Source: an uncultured Clostridia bacterium (lineage in GTDB: Bacteria > Bacillota > Clostridia > Christensenellales > UBA1242). From it: 43,214 nt of DNA. This document shows positions 17,354 through 25,901 of the stretch, in pieces. Each line of letters begins with the position of its first letter. Positions within the stretch are counted from its first letter, which is position 1. The notes beneath the pieces were generated by a model, which was not told where the DNA came from, made no database searches, and worked only from the letters and a program-made list of their open reading frames with translations. Where the stretch lies: the NCBI GenBank assembly GCA_945937975.1, contig CAMEUD010000002.1, forward strand, positions 1-43,214. The letters run 5' to 3'. Position numbers and translations under genes: made by a program.

Positions 17354-17358
17354 TAAAT

Positions 17359-17390
17359 AAAAGGAACTTCTTTTTGAAGTTCCTTTTTAT
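17359..17390. terminator. Bidirectional terminator
   Basis: AAGGAACTTC-ttttt-GAAGTTCCTT plus T-run, between tRNA-His and the convergent rmlA-like gene. Confidence 0.75.
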
Positions 17391-17391
17391 T

Positions 17392-18258
17392 TTATTTAAG
17401 ATAATTATCATATAAATATTGTCCGTATAATGTTTTCTTTAATTTTTCATAATTTTTTTGTAATTGCTCTTTAGTGATATAACCTTTTTGATATGCTATT
17501 TCATCAATACACCCAATTTGCTTTTTTGTTTTCTTTATTGTTTTAAAAACAAAATTACTTGCTTTTAGTAATGTTTCACTTGTTCCAGCATCAAGCCAAA
17601 AATTCTTTTTGGGGACTTTACAAAGTTTAAGTTCTCCACGAGATAAATACATTTTATTTAGGTCCGTAACTTCATATTCTCCCCTTTTTGAAAGTCCAAC
17701 CTTTTGTGCAAGTTCACTACACTTTTCGTCATAAACATAAATACCTGTTACACACATATTGCTTTCAGGCTTTTCAGGTTTTTCAACAAGCTTTGTTACA
17801 TTCCCTTGTTTATCAAAACTTGCCACACCAAATGCTCTTGGGTCTTTTACCGGATAACCAAAAACATATGCTCCGTTTGGATTGTTTACAGCATACTCTA
17901 ATTCTTTTTCAAATTCTTTGCCATAAAAGAAATTATCTCCCAAAACAAAACATACTTTTTGGTTTTTGGTATACTCCAAGCACTTATTAAAGGCACCAAT
18001 AGTACCTTTAATTTCTGTATCTTTCACAATGGTAAGATTAATACCCCATTCTTCACCATTACCTAGTTGTTTTTGATATAAATCAAAATTTTCACCATTT
18101 ACAACAATGTAAATATCTCTTATTCCAACTTTCATAAGCATTGAAATTGGATAATAAATTAATGGTTTGTCATAAAGTGGCAAAAGTTGTTTACTCAAAA
18201 AATTTGTGCAAGGCATAAGCCTTGTGCTTTTACCTGCACAAGCAATTACTCCAATCAT
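17392..18258 (-). CDS. rfbA: Glucose-1-phosphate thymidylyltransferase-like sugar nucleotidyltransferase
   Basis: The N-terminus GVIACAGKSTRLMPCTNFLSKQLLPLYDKPLIYYPISMLMKVGIRDIYIV closely parallels RmlA (GGSGTRLYPIT..SKQLLPIYDKPMIYYPLS). 288 aa. Confidence 0.8.
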   Translation of the reverse strand: MIGVIACAGKSTRLMPCTNFLSKQLLPLYDKPLIYYPISMLMKVGIRDIYIVVNGENFDLYQKQLGNGEEWGINLTIVKDTEIKGTIGAFNKCLEYTKNQKVCFVLGDNFFYGKEFEKELEYAVNNPNGAYVFGYPVKDPRAFGVASFDKQGNVTKLVEKPEKPESNMCVTGIYVYDEKCSELAQKVGLSKRGEYEVTDLNKMYLSRGELKLCKVPKKNFWLDAGTSETLLKASNFVFKTIKKTKKQIGCIDEIAYQKGYITKEQLQKNYEKLKKTLYGQYLYDNYLK

Positions 18259-18260
18259 AT

Positions 18261-20021
18261 TTACTCCCTATTTTCTAATTTGAGTTTTGCAAATGAAATA
18301 AATTCTTCAATCTCCATTTCTTTTGATTCATTTGTTCCACGAACACGAACAGAAACAGTACCATTGTTTATTTCATTTTCACCCATTACTAGTATATATG
18401 GAATTTTTTGAGAAATTGCACTTCTTATTTTGTAACCAATCTTCTCATTTCTCTCATCAAGTTCAACTCTGAACCCTTGTTTTTTAAGTTCCATTTCAAC
18501 ATCTTTACATTTGTCGATAAATTTATCACTAATTGGCAAAATTTCCATTTGAACAGGTGCAAGCCAAAGTGGAAGAACACCTTTTGTTTCTTCAAGTAAG
18601 AATGCAACAAATCTATCAAGTGAACCAAGAATTGCTCTGTGAATAACAACAGGTCTTACTCTTTCATTGTTTTCATCAACATATTCAAGTTCAAATTTTT
18701 CTGGAAGTTGATAGTCAAGTTGAACAGTTGAAAGTGTTACATCATGTCCAAGAGCACTTCTAACTTGAACATCAATCTTTGGTCCATAGAATGCTGCTTC
18801 ACCTTTTGCTTCATAAAATTCAGCACCACTGTCTTGCAAAATTTTTCTTAAAGCATTTTCACTCTTTTCCCAAAGTTCATCATTACCAAAATATTTTTCA
18901 GCATTATTTTCATCACGAAGTGAAAGTCTAAAACTATATTTTTGGAAACCAAAATCTTTGTATACATCAAGAATTAGTTTTATAACATTATCAACTTCAC
19001 TTTCAATTTGGTCTGGTCTACAGAAAATATGTGAATCGTTTTGAGTAAATGCTCTGGCTCTTTCAATACCACAAAGAGAACCACTGCCTTCAAATCTAAA
19101 ATCATTTGCAATTTCTGCAATGCGAAGTGGCAAATCTTTGTATGAATGCATAAAGTTTTTATAAATCATCATATGATGTGGGCAGTTCATTGGACGAAGT
19201 ACATATTCTTCATCATCATCTTCCCTTTTCATTGATGGGAACATATCTTCATGATAATGGTCCCAATGTCCTGATGTTTTATATAAATCAACTGTTGCCA
19301 AACTTGGTGTCATAACATGCTTATATCCAAGTGCAATTTCTTTGTCCATAATATAATCACTTAATGCTCTACGAACAATAAATCCATTTGGAAGCCACAT
19401 TGGAAGTCCACGACCAACAAGGTCAGAGAACATAAATATTCCAAGGTCTTTGCCAAGTTTTCTGTGGTCTCTTTCTTGTGCTTCTTTAACAAGTGCCAAA
19501 TGTTCTTTAAGGTCTTGTTTGTCCAAGAAGCCATAAACATAAATTCTTTGCATCATTTTGTTTTTTTCGCTTCCACGCCAATATGCACCACTAACACGAT
19601 TTATTTTGAATGCAAAATTTCTTAACATTTTTGTGTTTTCAACATGAGGTCCTTTGCAAAGGTCAGTAAAGACATCACCAAGTTTGTAAATAGAAATTTC
19701 TTCATTTTCTGGCAAGTCATTGATAAGTTCAACCTTGTATGGTTGGTTTTTAAACATTTCTAATGCTTCTTGCTTTGAAATAACTTCTTTTGTCATATCA
19801 AGATTTTGATTGATTATTTCGTGCATTTTTGTTTCAATTTTTTCAAAATCTTCTGGAGTTAAACTTTCTTCCATATCAAAGTCATAATAGAACCCGTCTT
19901 CAATGGCAGGTCCAATACCAAACTTTACATCTTCTCCAAACAAACTTTTGATTGCACCAGCAAGTACATGGCTTGCCGTATGTCTTGCTTTATGTTGTAA
20001 TTCTTCTTTTTCTTTATCCAT
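18261..20021 (-). CDS. thrS: Threonine--tRNA ligase lacking the N-terminal TGS domain
   Basis: The editing-domain HxxxH (HTASHVLAGAI) already appears at residue 14. The class II core (RPMNCPHH, FRFEGSGSLCGIERARAFTQNDSHIF) and anticodon-binding domain are present. 586 aa. Confidence 0.95.
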   Translation of the reverse strand: MDKEKEELQHKARHTASHVLAGAIKSLFGEDVKFGIGPAIEDGFYYDFDMEESLTPEDFEKIETKMHEIINQNLDMTKEVISKQEALEMFKNQPYKVELINDLPENEEISIYKLGDVFTDLCKGPHVENTKMLRNFAFKINRVSGAYWRGSEKNKMMQRIYVYGFLDKQDLKEHLALVKEAQERDHRKLGKDLGIFMFSDLVGRGLPMWLPNGFIVRRALSDYIMDKEIALGYKHVMTPSLATVDLYKTSGHWDHYHEDMFPSMKREDDDEEYVLRPMNCPHHMMIYKNFMHSYKDLPLRIAEIANDFRFEGSGSLCGIERARAFTQNDSHIFCRPDQIESEVDNVIKLILDVYKDFGFQKYSFRLSLRDENNAEKYFGNDELWEKSENALRKILQDSGAEFYEAKGEAAFYGPKIDVQVRSALGHDVTLSTVQLDYQLPEKFELEYVDENNERVRPVVIHRAILGSLDRFVAFLLEETKGVLPLWLAPVQMEILPISDKFIDKCKDVEMELKKQGFRVELDERNEKIGYKIRSAISQKIPYILVMGENEINNGTVSVRVRGTNESKEMEIEEFISFAKLKLENRE

Positions 20022-20034
20022 TTTTCGCTCCTTT

Positions 20035-20230
20035 TAAATAAAAAAAGTCCATAAGAGATAAACTCTTAAGGACGATAATTTGTACCGTGTTTCCACCTTA
20101 ATTGCAAAATAAATTTGCCACTTAATTTCTAACTATGGTAGTTAGCAACCTTACCTTAAAAGTGGTTTCATACAAAAGTGTTTTTAAACAGCTTTCAGCC
20201 ACGACTGTTACTCTCTACAAAAACATTATT
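20035..20230 (-). promoter_or_regulatory. T-box riboswitch leader, Thr specifier (ACC)
   Basis: On the minus strand: AGAGAG at the stem I base, and specifier loop GAA-ACC-A (ACC at 20166..20164). The T-box sequence is AATTAAGGTGGAAACACGGTAC. The terminator GTCCTTAAGAG-tttat-CTCTTATGGAC plus T7 lies just before the thrS SD. Confidence 0.85.
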
Positions 20231-20274
20231 TTTGACTACTTGTCTTTTATTCGGTAAATTCAAATTACACTTGT

Positions 20275-20303
20275 ATACTAATACAAAATATTAATATTGT
20301 CAA
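20275..20303 (-). promoter_or_regulatory. Promoter of the thrS T-box leader
   Basis: TTGACA (20303..20298), a 17-nt spacer, then TAGTAT (20280..20275). Confidence 0.5.
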
Positions 20304-20362
20304 CATTTTTATAAAAAATAATCAATTTTAGTCTATTTTAACCTTTCTAATATGCTTTTTGT

Positions 20363-20391
20363 TTGCAATAAAAATATTAAAACTGTATAAT
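20363..20391 (+). promoter_or_regulatory. Near-consensus promoter of the HicB-like/nuclease cassette
   Basis: TTGCAA, a 17-nt spacer, then TATAAT, 20 nt upstream of the ATG at 20412. Confidence 0.55.
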
Positions 20392-20411
20392 AATAAAAAA
20401 GGGAAAATATC

Positions 20412-20732
20412 ATGGCTTTTAAAAAACAAGATAAATTTATATTTGAAGATGTGACAATAAATCAAGATACAAGTGATGTCATTTCTGTTCCACTTGTAAT
20501 TGTTAAAGGTACAAATAAATATCAAGGTTTTGTGCCAGGTTTTGTTATGAAAGATATTGTGAGTGAAAATCTTGAAGACTGCAAACAAAAACTTATTGAA
20601 CACACAAAAAATCTTATTAGAACAAAAATTAAAAATAATCAAGGTTTTCCATTCTTCCCTACAAATGAAGAAATAAAACAAGACTTTAAGAATGCTGTTC
20701 TAATCAAAAGAATGAATGTGAAAGTTAGATAA
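20412..20732 (+). CDS. Small HicB-like (UPF0150-fold) protein, tentative
   Basis: 106 aa. The segment YQGFVPGFVMKDIVSENLEDCKQKLIEHTKNLI...GFPFFPTNEEI follows the HicB N-domain pattern (Y-x-a-x-vPdlpG ... leea ... iP-P). SD GGGA is present. No HTH or RHH tail is evident. Confidence 0.45.
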   Translation: MAFKKQDKFIFEDVTINQDTSDVISVPLVIVKGTNKYQGFVPGFVMKDIVSENLEDCKQKLIEHTKNLIRTKIKNNQGFPFFPTNEEIKQDFKNAVLIKRMNVKVR

Positions 20733-20747
20733 AAGGTTGATATTTTA

Positions 20748-21809
20748 GTGAGTAAAAATTTAAACTCTGAAGAATTAAGTATATTTAATAACTATAGCCA
20801 AAAAGAAAATCGAACAACTGCATATTGTGGCTTGATATTAAAACTGGTCTATAATGAGAATCCAAAACTTTTTGAAGATATTATTGTTTCACTAGTAAAC
20901 GATAGTAGTGATTTCTCAACACAATTTACATTGCAACCATTGTTTGATACACAAGTTAAAAAATCTAAAAGTATTCCAGATTTATGTATAAGTCAAAGAT
21001 CTTTTGCAATATATTTTGAAGATAAAAATACCGATTGGTTTACTCCTGAACAAATCAATAACCATATCCATGGTATGCTTAAAAATAATAAGTCAGACTA
21101 TATGATTATCTTTTTGATGACAAATGATTTTTCAAATGTCATAGACGACAAAATAAAAGAATGCTACAATAAAGCCCAAAAAAATAGTATAAGTTTAGTC
21201 AAAATTACTTTTTCAAAATATATTGATACAATAAAAAGTATTTGCAAAAATAATGTTAATAAATTAATAGAAAATTTAATTGATGAATTTGAAAATTATT
21301 TGGATAGGAATAATCTCTTATATGATTGGAAAAATCGTATAGACATAATATCTTGTAGAAACACACAGAATGAAATAACTCAATTATTATATGCATGCCC
21401 TAATCAAAATGGAGCTTATAGTCACAAAAAAAGTAAATATTTTGGATCATATATTGCAAACAGAAAAATTAACTATGTGGCAAATATTGATGCTGTTGTT
21501 ATTAGAGAATTGGATAAATATACTGGGAAAGTTGTATATAGTACTAAATGGAAGAATATAAAAGAAAGTGATCAAAAGTTACATGATATTGCTGAAACAA
21601 GATTCCAAAAATGTGAACAATGGAGAATTGACGAAGGAAAACAAAAGGCTTTACAATTATTTTTACTAAGTGACTTAAGACCTATTAACCTTATTAGGAA
21701 AAAGGGATGTGTGGAAACAAAAACCTATGTAACTGTGAAAGCTAAAAATTTAGATGAACTAATAACTGAACTTAAAAATAATAATGATTTCTACTGTGAA
21801 GAATTATAA
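20748..21809 (+). CDS. PD-(D/E)xK nuclease-superfamily protein with an uncharacterised C-terminal half
   Basis: 353 aa with a GTG start. The N-terminal pattern E(NRTTAY)...IPDLCISQRSFAIYFEDKNTDWFTPEQINNH gives E ... PD ... ExK ... Q, as in PDDEXK families. Confidence 0.5.
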   Translation: MSKNLNSEELSIFNNYSQKENRTTAYCGLILKLVYNENPKLFEDIIVSLVNDSSDFSTQFTLQPLFDTQVKKSKSIPDLCISQRSFAIYFEDKNTDWFTPEQINNHIHGMLKNNKSDYMIIFLMTNDFSNVIDDKIKECYNKAQKNSISLVKITFSKYIDTIKSICKNNVNKLIENLIDEFENYLDRNNLLYDWKNRIDIISCRNTQNEITQLLYACPNQNGAYSHKKSKYFGSYIANRKINYVANIDAVVIRELDKYTGKVVYSTKWKNIKESDQKLHDIAETRFQKCEQWRIDEGKQKALQLFLLSDLRPINLIRKKGCVETKTYVTVKAKNLDELITELKNNNDFYCEEL

Positions 21810-21852
21810 ATTCAAACAATAATAATTTTTAAAACATAAAAGATGATAAAAA

Positions 21853-21878
21853 AATATGTGAGATTATTCTCACATATT
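21853..21878. terminator. Bidirectional terminator
   Basis: AATATGTGAGA-ttat-TCTCACATATT with A and T runs. It overlaps the stop of the convergent 21870..22205 gene. Confidence 0.7.
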
Positions 21879-22205
21879 TTTATTTAAAATTTCACAAACT
21901 TTTGTATCAATTTCTTCTTTTATAAGATTATAGCAATCTAAAAAAACATTTTTAATTTTTGCATAATCACATGATTTGTTTTTGTCTTTTTCTGCAAAAA
22001 GTTTTGAATTTCTATTAAAATAAACAACTGCTGTTTCATAACTATTCTTTAATGCAGTTAAGTCTGTTCCAGATAGTTCTTTTAACAAGTTTTTGAAATA
22101 ATCTCTATCTTTTTTATAACAAACATCATTATAATTACTATCATCAAGAACCTTACTGATAATGCTTTTTACAACATTATCTATTGTTTTTATTTCAACT
22201 TTCAT
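21870..22205 (-). CDS. Small cytoplasmic protein, unknown function
   Basis: 111-aa ORF with helical-looking composition and its own terminator. No recognisable motif. Confidence 0.45.
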   Translation of the reverse strand: MKVEIKTIDNVVKSIISKVLDDSNYNDVCYKKDRDYFKNLLKELSGTDLTALKNSYETAVVYFNRNSKLFAEKDKNKSCDYAKIKNVFLDCYNLIKEEIDTKVCEILNKNM

Positions 22206-22263
22206 AACTTACCCCTTCAACTAATTTTTATCACAATAACATATTTATGTCAATATGCAAAAA

Positions 22264-24036
22264 TTAGAATTGGCTGTTATAGAGTTCAGCATAAACACCA
22301 CCTTTTGCCAAAAGTTCTTGGTGCGTGCCTTGTTCAACAATATTCCCGTCCTTCATAACTAGTATTTGGTCAGCGTTTTTGATTGTTGAGAGTCTATGTG
22401 CAATAACAAAACTTGTTCTACCTTTTGTTAGTGTATCCATTGCTTTTTGAATTTGTTGTTCTGTTCTCGTATCAACAGATGATGTTGCTTCATCAAGAAT
22501 GAGCATTGGAGCATTGTTTACCATTGCTCTTGCAATAGTAAGTAATTGTCTTTGACCTTGGCTTATGTTTGCTGTTTCATCAAGCACCATATCATATCCA
22601 CCTGGAAGTGAACGAATAAAGTGATCAATATGAGCAAAACTGCAAGCATTTTCAATTTGTTCATTTGTTAAACCTTTTGTTCCAAATGAAACATTTTCTC
22701 TTATTGTTCCATCAAATATCCAAGTATCTTGAAGAACCATTCCAAACAAACTTCTAACATATTCTCTTGACATATCTTTTGTTGAAACACCATCAATAGT
22801 GATTTCACCAGAATCTATCTCATAGAAACGCATAAGCAAGTTTACCAAAGTTGTTTTACCTGCACCAGTTGGCCCAACGATTGCAACTTTTTGACCTGGA
22901 AGAATTTTCGCTGAGAAATTCTTTATAATTTGTTTGTCTTTTGTGTAACCAAAACTTACATTTTTAAATTCAACTAAACCTTTGACATTTTCAAGAGTAG
23001 TTTTGTCGCCAGTTTCAACTTCTTGTTCTTCTTCACTCAAAAATTCAACAACCCTTTCTGTTGCAGCTGCACCACTTTGGAGAGTTGAACTTATTTGAGA
23101 AATTTGACTTATTTGTTGGTTAAATATTCTCATATATTCAACAAATGCAACAACAGTAACTGCAAATAATGGGTCGCTTATTGCCATAATTCCACCAACA
23201 ACACAAACTATTGTGTATGCCAAGTTGTTGATAAAATTCATTGTTGGATACATTGTACCAGATATAAATTGCGACATAAATGCAGAATTTTTTAATTCTT
23301 TGTTTACTTTTTCAAAATCATTTTGTGCTTTTTGTTCAGCATTGAATGTTTTTACAATATTGTGTGCTGAATAATTTTCTTCAACAATACCATTTAATTC
23401 TCCAAGAGATTTTTGTTGTTTTACAAAGTATTTTTGAGAAAATTTTACTAAAATCAAAACAAGTCCCATACTAATTGGCAAAGCACACAAAGTAATTAAT
23501 GTTAATTGCCATGAGTTTACAAACATCATAACAAGTGAACCAATAAACATTGTTACACAAGTTATAACATTTGAAATACTTTCGTTAAGTGTTTGACCTA
23601 TTGTTGAAACATCGTTTGTAACTCTGCTTAAAATATCTCCATAGCTTGAGTTATCAAAATATTTTAGTGGTAATTTGTTAATTTTTTCAGAAATAAGAGT
23701 TCTATATTTTTGAGTGATTTTTGCAGTTACGCCACTCATTATAAAACCTTGGAAATAACTAAACACACTCGACACTGTACACATAACCAAAAGCCATATA
23801 CATAGTGATGTTACTTTTTGTAAATTGATAGGAAGTCCAAGTGCTGAAACAAATATTTCTTTTCCAACATCTTTCAATAAATTTGGCAATATTAATGCAA
23901 TAACTGTTCCAATAACAGCAAATAACAATGCAACAACAACTGCCCAACGATAAGGTTTTAGTGATTTTATCAATAGCATTAATGATTTTTTACCATTTTT
24001 TGGTTTTTGACTGATATTTTTATTATGTCTTGCCAT
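22264..24036 (-). CDS. Heterodimeric ABC exporter, permease-ATPase subunit with the canonical (consensus) site
   Basis: Six-TM domain plus NBD. Walker A GPTGAGKTT, Walker B LILDEATSSVD and H-loop AHRLSTI are canonical, but the signature is degenerate (ISQGQ). Confidence 0.9.
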   Translation of the reverse strand: MARHNKNISQKPKNGKKSLMLLIKSLKPYRWAVVVALLFAVIGTVIALILPNLLKDVGKEIFVSALGLPINLQKVTSLCIWLLVMCTVSSVFSYFQGFIMSGVTAKITQKYRTLISEKINKLPLKYFDNSSYGDILSRVTNDVSTIGQTLNESISNVITCVTMFIGSLVMMFVNSWQLTLITLCALPISMGLVLILVKFSQKYFVKQQKSLGELNGIVEENYSAHNIVKTFNAEQKAQNDFEKVNKELKNSAFMSQFISGTMYPTMNFINNLAYTIVCVVGGIMAISDPLFAVTVVAFVEYMRIFNQQISQISQISSTLQSGAAATERVVEFLSEEEQEVETGDKTTLENVKGLVEFKNVSFGYTKDKQIIKNFSAKILPGQKVAIVGPTGAGKTTLVNLLMRFYEIDSGEITIDGVSTKDMSREYVRSLFGMVLQDTWIFDGTIRENVSFGTKGLTNEQIENACSFAHIDHFIRSLPGGYDMVLDETANISQGQRQLLTIARAMVNNAPMLILDEATSSVDTRTEQQIQKAMDTLTKGRTSFVIAHRLSTIKNADQILVMKDGNIVEQGTHQELLAKGGVYAELYNSQF

Positions 24037-24037
24037 T

Positions 24038-25771
24038 TTATAACTCCTCCTTATCTAATTGTGAAAGTGCAATTTCTTTGTATACATCGCAAGTTTCAAG
24101 TAACTCCTTATGCGTTCCAACTCCAACAATTCTGCCTTCCGAAAGGACAACAATTTTGTCTGCATCCATAATTGTTCCAACTCTTTGTGCAACAATTATT
24201 TTTGTTGCATCTTTTGTATATTTTGATAATTCCTTTCTAAGAGTTTTATCTGTTTTATAGTCAAGAGCAGAAAAACTATCATCAAATATATAAAATTCAG
24301 GGTTTTTGATTATTGCTCTTGCAATGCTCAATCTTTGTCTTTGCCCACCAGATACATTTGTTCCACCTTGAGCAATTTCTGCATTCACTCCACCTTCAAG
24401 ATTTTTTACAAAATCGCTTTGACTTATTTCTAATGCTTTTTCAATTTGTTCATCTGTTGCATTTTCATTGCCATAAAGTAAGTTAGATCTCACTGTTCCA
24501 GAGAATAAATATCCTTGTTGTGGAACATAACCTATTTTGTTATTAAGGTCGCTAATTTTATAGTTTTTAATATTTTCGCCATCTATCAAGACTTCACCAA
24601 AACTTGCGTCATAAAATCTTGTGATTAAATTTACAAGTGTACTCTTTCCACTACCTGTTGAACCAATAAATGCAATAGTTTGACCTTTGTTTACTTTAAA
24701 TGAAATGTTTTCCAATGTATTCATTTCTGCATCTGGGTATCTAAATGACACATTTCTAAATTCAATTTCACCTGCCAAGTTATCTTCTTTTATGCCATTT
24801 CCATCTTGAACCTTTGATACTGTTCCAAGGACTTCATTTATTCTTCTGCCAGAAACAACACCCCTTGGAATAACAACAAACAACATTGCAATAAACATAA
24901 AACTCATAACAACATGCATTGAATATGAAACAAACACAACAAGGTCAGGATAAACCAAACTTCCACCGTCAATTAAGAATGCACCAATAAAGTAAATTGC
25001 AATACTTAATGCGTTCATAATTAGGTCCATACCTGGCCACATAAGTGCCATTGCCCTATTTACAAAAAGTTGAGTTTTTGTTAAATCATTATTAATATTA
25101 TTAAACTTTTGTTCTTGCTCATTTTCGGCTGCATATGCACGAACAACTCTTATACCTGTCAAGTTTTCACGAGTAACATTGTTAATTCTGTCTGTTTTCT
25201 TTTGAATTTGAGAAAACTTTGGGACTGCAACAAAAAATAAAAACATAACCAATGCCAATAGTGCAATAACAGCACCTGCAGTTGTCCAAGTTAATGTTAC
25301 TGATGAATTTACAATTTTTGAAATTGCATAAGCTCCCATAACAGGAGCAGTAATTGCCATACGAAGTGTAACAAAAACTGTTTGTTCAACTTGTTTTACA
25401 TCGTTGGTCGTTCTTGTAATTAAACTTGCAACAGAAAACTTGTTCATTTCTTCCATAGAAAATGAGTTTACCTTTTTAAACACATTTGTTCTTAATGTTT
25501 TTGCAAAATTTGAAGACACCGTTGATGCCAAGAAATTTATAAGCACAACACTTGCACAAATTCCAAGTGCAATAAGTATCATTTTTATGCCAATATCCCA
25601 AAACATTGAACTTGTAACAGTTTCGGTTGCTGTTTTTTGAATAAGGGCAATAATATCTCCCATTTTGGCAATAAGTTCCATTTCAAGATTTACTTGAAAC
25701 ACAATTATTCCAACTACCAAGGCACACAAAACCCATGTGTACCACTTGAAAAATCTAAGTAATTTTAACAT
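24038..25771 (-). CDS. Heterodimeric ABC exporter, permease-ATPase subunit contributing the degenerate site
   Basis: Walker A GSTGSGKST and signature VSGGQ are canonical. Walker B is followed by D (IFDDSFSALD) and the H-loop is AQRVGT. There is a 1-nt gap to the partner gene. Confidence 0.9.
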   Translation of the reverse strand: MLKLLRFFKWYTWVLCALVVGIIVFQVNLEMELIAKMGDIIALIQKTATETVTSSMFWDIGIKMILIALGICASVVLINFLASTVSSNFAKTLRTNVFKKVNSFSMEEMNKFSVASLITRTTNDVKQVEQTVFVTLRMAITAPVMGAYAISKIVNSSVTLTWTTAGAVIALLALVMFLFFVAVPKFSQIQKKTDRINNVTRENLTGIRVVRAYAAENEQEQKFNNINNDLTKTQLFVNRAMALMWPGMDLIMNALSIAIYFIGAFLIDGGSLVYPDLVVFVSYSMHVVMSFMFIAMLFVVIPRGVVSGRRINEVLGTVSKVQDGNGIKEDNLAGEIEFRNVSFRYPDAEMNTLENISFKVNKGQTIAFIGSTGSGKSTLVNLITRFYDASFGEVLIDGENIKNYKISDLNNKIGYVPQQGYLFSGTVRSNLLYGNENATDEQIEKALEISQSDFVKNLEGGVNAEIAQGGTNVSGGQRQRLSIARAIIKNPEFYIFDDSFSALDYKTDKTLRKELSKYTKDATKIIVAQRVGTIMDADKIVVLSEGRIVGVGTHKELLETCDVYKEIALSQLDKEEL

Positions 25772-25816
25772 ACTCTTCCGTCCCTTTTTATTAAATTAAA
25801 TAGTCATATGGTTAGT

Positions 25817-25845
25817 ATTATATGCACATTTTTTAAAATTGTCAA
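25817..25845 (-). promoter_or_regulatory. Consensus sigma-A promoter of the ABC exporter operon
   Basis: TTGACA (25845..25840), a 17-nt spacer, then TATAAT (25822..25817). Confidence 0.6.
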
Positions 25846-25869
25846 CATTAAATAGCACCAAAAAAACAC

Positions 25870-25901
25870 AAAAAATCTCAAGCATTTACTTGAGATTTTT
25901 T
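25870..25901 (-). terminator. Terminator after the P-type ATPase gene
   Basis: ATCTCAAG-loop-CTTGAGAT flanked by A and T runs. Confidence 0.7.

Noticed and set aside
20328-20681. 117-aa minus-strand ORF overlapping the HicB-like gene.
   Set aside because: Its product is Phe/Ile/Cys-rich nonsense with no SD. The plus-strand ORF has a consensus promoter, an SD and a recognisable fold pattern.
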